Source: Candidatus Woesearchaeota archaeon
Lineage (GTDB): Archaea; Nanobdellota; Nanobdellia; Pacearchaeales; GW2011-AR1
NCBI GenBank assembly: GCA_964428325.1
Contig: CAYRXU010000001.1
Coordinates: forward strand, 42,842 to 106,841
Reading direction: 5' to 3'
DNA: 64,000 nt
Below are positions 60,302 to 64,000 of this stretch, piece after piece. Made by a program: the position numbers and the translations under genes. The stretch's first letter is position 1. Every line of letters starts with the position of its first letter. The notes under the pieces are model-generated. The model did not search any database and was not told the origin of the DNA. It was given only the letters and a program-made list of their open reading frames with translations.

Positions 60302-61098
60302 TGCGAAAGCGTTATAAAGAAATAGACGCATCTATCGTCATGGAAAAGAGAGGACAGGTTGCATTCTTCGTCATTCTCGCAGTTGTGATTGTTGGAGTGT
60401 TTGCGTTGCTTGTTGTCTATCCACGCATTAGCGTTTCTACTAACGAAGCAAACCCTTCTCAGTTCTTACGTGATTGTCTTGAACCTTCTATTGATGAAGT
60501 CTTGCCTGAGATTATGATGCATGGAGGATATAGACAACCTGCACCTTATGTGCTGTTCGAGGGAGAAAGAGTGCAGTATCTGTGTTATACTGCTGAAGAT
60601 TATCAGCCTTGTATAGTACAGCAGCCTTTGCTAGTAAATCATGTAGAGGGAGAGATAAAGCGTTCAATTGAGCCACGTGCGCGAGAGTGCATGCAAAACG
60701 TTGTAGAAATATATGAGGGTCAAGGCTATCAGGTTTCTGCTGCGGCCGTGACAGTCAATGTCTCTCTAGAGCCGCAAAAGATGGAGATATTTTTCGCGAC
60801 ACCTTTGACTCTTACACGTGAGGGCGCTCAAACGTTTAGAAGCGTTTCATTTACCAAGTCCAGCGAAGCTTATGACTTGCTGATGATTGCTACAAGCATA
60901 GTCGACTTTTCATCTACCTTAGGAGACTCTGAAACATTGAATTATATTCAGTTCTACCCTGATCTGAAAATAGAAAAACTCAAAAAGGAAGGAGATACGA
61001 TATACACATTAACAAACGTGGTGACTAACGAACAATTCAGATTTGCGACGCGAAGTCTTGTCTGGCCAGCAGGGTATTCAGAAGGGGCAGTTGCATGA
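60301..61098 (+). CDS. Class III signal peptide (pilin-like) protein A2
   Basis: KRG-QVAFFVILAVVIVG; DCL, HGG, YLCY...YQPC, YPD; the start could alternatively be 60340. Confidence 0.8.
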   Translation: MRKRYKEIDASIVMEKRGQVAFFVILAVVIVGVFALLVVYPRISVSTNEANPSQFLRDCLEPSIDEVLPEIMMHGGYRQPAPYVLFEGERVQYLCYTAEDYQPCIVQQPLLVNHVEGEIKRSIEPRARECMQNVVEIYEGQGYQVSAAAVTVNVSLEPQKMEIFFATPLTLTREGAQTFRSVSFTKSSEAYDLLMIATSIVDFSSTLGDSETLNYIQFYPDLKIEKLKKEGDTIYTLTNVVTNEQFRFATRSLVWPAGYSEGAVA

Positions 61099-62609
61099 GA
61101 ATAACGTTACTCGTTATGATTGCATTTATTGCAGTAGCAAGTGTTTCTCTAGTAAGCGCAGCGGAAGCTACGGTATGTTGTGAAAGAACGACCAATGGAG
61201 CTTTATGCCAAAACGTTCCGGCAGCAGCATGTGACCCTTCTTCGCGACAAGTGCCAACAAGTTGCGAGTCAACATCATATTGTGGACTTGGAACGTGTTA
61301 CGACTCAAATGAAGGCACTTGTTTGGATAATACTCCCCAACTTGTGTGCCAGGCAAACGGAGGAGTTTGGAGTGCTGAGAGGCCAGCCCAATGCAATTTA
61401 GGATGTTGTGTGCTTGGAGATCAGGCTGCTTTTGTTTCCCTTGTGAGATGTAAAAAGCTCTCTGCCTCGCTCGGACTGAAGACAAACTATGACACGAGTA
61501 TAAACTCTGAGATCGCTTGTGTTGCACGCGTTCAGCAGCAAGATAGAGGTGCGTGCGTGTATGAGTTTGAATTCCAAAAGACATGCAAGTTCACAACAAG
61601 ATCGGAGTGTGCAGGATCAACATCAAGCCTTAACGGCAGTATTGGCCAAGGAACTTTTCATAAAGATAAGCTCTGTTCTGCTGAAGAGCTCGGTACGATT
61701 TGCGGACCTTCACAGAAGACAAGCTGCATGCCTGGAAAAGATGAAGTGTATTTCTTAGACACGTGTGGCAATCCTGCTAATATTTACGATGCGTCTAAAG
61801 CACGCGATAAAGAATATTGGACTAATGTAAAAACCAAGAGTGACAGCTGTAATCCCCTCGATCCAAACTCTCGCAGCGCAAGCTGTGGAAATTGTAATTA
61901 TCTCCTGGGGAGTGTCTGTAGGACCAGCACAGTAGGAACAAGACCAACTTATGGTAATGCTATTTGTGCCGATCTCTCTTGTGTGGATGAAGATGGCCAG
62001 AAGAGAAAGCACGGAGAGAGCTGGTGCTTGACAGATAGCGTCAGAAATGAAGAGAATAGTGTGGGCTCAAGATTCTTCAGGCGTATTTGCATGAACGGAG
62101 AGGTTGTTACTGAGCCATGTTCTGATTTCCGAAATGAAGAGTGTGTACAAGATAAAATAGAGACGAGCGCTGGAAGCTTCTCCCAGGCAGCGTGCAGGGT
62201 TAATAGATGGCAGGACTGCCTCGCACAAACTGAAAAGATTGACTGTGAGAACAGCGACAGAAGAGATTGTAAATGGAGAGAAGGAGTAACCTTAGGCAAT
62301 ACGACCATCAATGGAGTATGTACTCCTAAGACTGCACCAGGACTTAATTTCTGGAGCAGTGAAGAAAGCAAGGTTGTTTGCGGTGTGGGGAATAAGATAT
62401 GTGTTGTAAAATATGAGAAAGGATTATTTGGTGGAGAGTCGTGTGTCGACAATTGTGAATGTTTGACCCCTGGATGGGAGAAAGATTACGGGGAAGTATG
62501 CTCTTCTCTTGGTGACTGCGGTGCGAAAGTCAATTATGCAGGCAAGTTGGGACTTAAAGACGGAATACGCATTCTGATAGATGGAAAGAATGCCAGCTCA
62601 CAAAGATAG
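61095..62609 (+). CDS. Secreted Cys-rich protein, paralog of the N-terminal half of 56477
   Basis: Shares GCCV.GDQA, GACV, TSCMPGKDEVY.LD.CGN..NIYD, CGNCNYL, GESWC, LGDCGA; no TM anchor. Confidence 0.88.
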   Translation: MRITLLVMIAFIAVASVSLVSAAEATVCCERTTNGALCQNVPAAACDPSSRQVPTSCESTSYCGLGTCYDSNEGTCLDNTPQLVCQANGGVWSAERPAQCNLGCCVLGDQAAFVSLVRCKKLSASLGLKTNYDTSINSEIACVARVQQQDRGACVYEFEFQKTCKFTTRSECAGSTSSLNGSIGQGTFHKDKLCSAEELGTICGPSQKTSCMPGKDEVYFLDTCGNPANIYDASKARDKEYWTNVKTKSDSCNPLDPNSRSASCGNCNYLLGSVCRTSTVGTRPTYGNAICADLSCVDEDGQKRKHGESWCLTDSVRNEENSVGSRFFRRICMNGEVVTEPCSDFRNEECVQDKIETSAGSFSQAACRVNRWQDCLAQTEKIDCENSDRRDCKWREGVTLGNTTINGVCTPKTAPGLNFWSSEESKVVCGVGNKICVVKYEKGLFGGESCVDNCECLTPGWEKDYGEVCSSLGDCGAKVNYAGKLGLKDGIRILIDGKNASSQR

Positions 62610-62639
62610 TAGAAAAGCTAGACCTTAACATTAATCCCA

Positions 62640-63287
62640 TTACTGTCTGGATACAATCTCAAAAGTCCTGCTACTTACTGTATTACCATCAATTGTCCCG
62701 ACAACACGATAACTTCCAGGAGCAAAGTCGTTAGAGTTAAAGTTCAAACCGCTATCGAGCGCTGCACTCCCAGAGAAAGCACTGCCGTTTGAGTATACCT
62801 TTTTTCCATTTGAGTCGTAAATAGAGATATTGCATACGCTATTAGGTCTGTCTGGCGCGAAGAAATTTGTCCCGTCTGACTTTTTGAACCATCCGTCATT
62901 TTTTAATGCGGGGCCGGCAGGATTAACGAATGTAGCTGCCAAACCTATATTTCCGCCTTGAAAGAAGACTGCAGGATTGTCCCGCTTCTCTCCAGAAATA
63001 TCGGCCATTGAAAGAGATGTCGGGTCTCCGTCACGAGCAGCGTCTACTGAATCACATAAGAGAATAATGTTGGACAAAGATCTTGATCTTGGGGTGCTTG
63101 CCTGTCCCCTTTGATAATTTGCCACTTCATAATCATGCATAGCTGCTCCGAATATAGCTCCTGCGGCTGCCATGCGCGGATCGCGTTGCTGTAGTGAAGC
63201 ATATTGGATAGATGGGCCGCAGCCGTTTAGTAGAGTGCTTGCTCCTAGAATGCTGCCAAGACTTGCTGCAAACGTGCCTTTATTCAT
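62640..63287 (-). CDS. Lipoprotein-like protein with Gly/Ala zipper and Ig-like C-terminus
   Basis: Lipobox-like LLNG-C, AAAGAIFGAAM, PGSYRV...TFEI. Confidence 0.7.
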   Translation of the reverse strand: MNKGTFAASLGSILGASTLLNGCGPSIQYASLQQRDPRMAAAGAIFGAAMHDYEVANYQRGQASTPRSRSLSNIILLCDSVDAARDGDPTSLSMADISGEKRDNPAVFFQGGNIGLAATFVNPAGPALKNDGWFKKSDGTNFFAPDRPNSVCNISIYDSNGKKVYSNGSAFSGSAALDSGLNFNSNDFAPGSYRVVGTIDGNTVSSRTFEIVSRQ

Positions 63288-63420
63288 CTTTGGATTAATG
63301 CGAACATCTATATAAATGTTACCATTACTCTAAAGTGACATATATAATCAAAGTTTCCGACAGATTTAATTTCTCCGAGGAGCGCACAATATTTATAAGC
63401 AATCTCTCTGTTTAACAGGA

Positions 63421-64000
63421 ATGCAAAGAAAGAGGATGAGTAAGGTCTTACAGTATGTTGCATGTGGCGAAATAAGTTTTATTGTTCTTGCGACTTTTGC
63501 CGTCGCTATGATTCTTGCGCAGACGCACACGGTCAGTGCAAATCATATCCCTGGGCATACGGGAATGGGTCCGCCAGTAGACCTGGGAAAAGTCTCTTCC
63601 ACACAAAGCCCAACTCGATCATCAGGGTGGTTTCGTAACGCTGATGGATCAAACTATTTTGCACCCAAGGATGGGGCTGCTGCCTCAGCACCTGGAGCAG
63701 CAGGGAGTTCCGAAGGGCCCTTGAGTATAGTTAATGATATTTATAGCGGAAAGACTTTCGACGGTGGAATCGCAGGACATTTAGTCTCAGCGCTTGCCTG
63801 GGCTACAACTGCCTATCTTGCAGTCAAGTTCATTGCTCCTCTGTTTGGAGTCGATGAGAAAACGACTAACGCTCTCGCTGCTGCAGTAGGTCTGGGGGCT
63901 GGCCTTGGTCGTGCTACTTATTTTGCCATAGGCGAGGGTGGAAAAACGGTCTTTGGTTCCGCTGCGCAAACCGGTTTTGTTGTTGGTGTTGCAGTAGCAG
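63421..64000 (+). CDS. Gly-rich hydrophobic membrane protein, partial; probable paralog of the middle part of 56477
   Basis: Not in the ORF track because it has no stop in the window. MQRKRMSKVLQYVACGEISFIVLATFAVA... open to the end; TTTATAAG about 29 nt upstream. Confidence 0.8.
   Translation, partial: MQRKRMSKVLQYVACGEISFIVLATFAVAMILAQTHTVSANHIPGHTGMGPPVDLGKVSSTQSPTRSSGWFRNADGSNYFAPKDGAAASAPGAAGSSEGPLSIVNDIYSGKTFDGGIAGHLVSALAWATTAYLAVKFIAPLFGVDEKTTNALAAAVGLGAGLGRATYFAIGEGGKTVFGSAAQTGFVVGVAVA

Overview
A 64-kb core-genome segment of a DPANN archaeon, most likely of the Pacearchaeota/Woesearchaeota (Nanoarchaeia) type. The evidence is a fused PriS-PriL primase, a divergent and shortened archaeal 16S rRNA, archaeal r-proteins, proteasome and exosome genes, and many class III signal-peptide proteins. 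Housekeeping content: mre11-rad50-psmB-aCPSF1-presenilin-like operon; RNase J; pop5-psmA-SBDS-rrp4/41/42-rpoK-eno-rps2; a 16S-tRNA-Ala-23S operon with no linked 5S and two ORF-less group I introns (L1931 and L2593); RNase P RNA; tRNA-Phe; rps19e-rpl39e-rpl31e; cbf5, trmY, class II lysS, a short histone, hjc, trxB, priSL and pcna. Most interesting: (1) an usher-less chaperone/pilin-like surface-fibre cluster (Csu/WxL-like) whose tip adhesin is split by a -1 frameshift at a T7 slippery run; (2) a bacterial-type CsrA/RsmA homolog translationally coupled between rps19e and rpl39e; (3) an L2593 group I intron that appears to end in A instead of the near-universal omega-G; (4) several substitutions in the peptidyl-transferase centre and A-loop; (5) an RHH-headed operon of pilin-like proteins paired with giant Cys-rich proteins carrying a Gly-rich hydrophobic core, present once intact and once apparently split; (6) a membrane-anchored wHTH regulator next to an 11-bp-periodic GTTCCA repeat. 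All family calls come from motif recognition by eye; no database searches were run.
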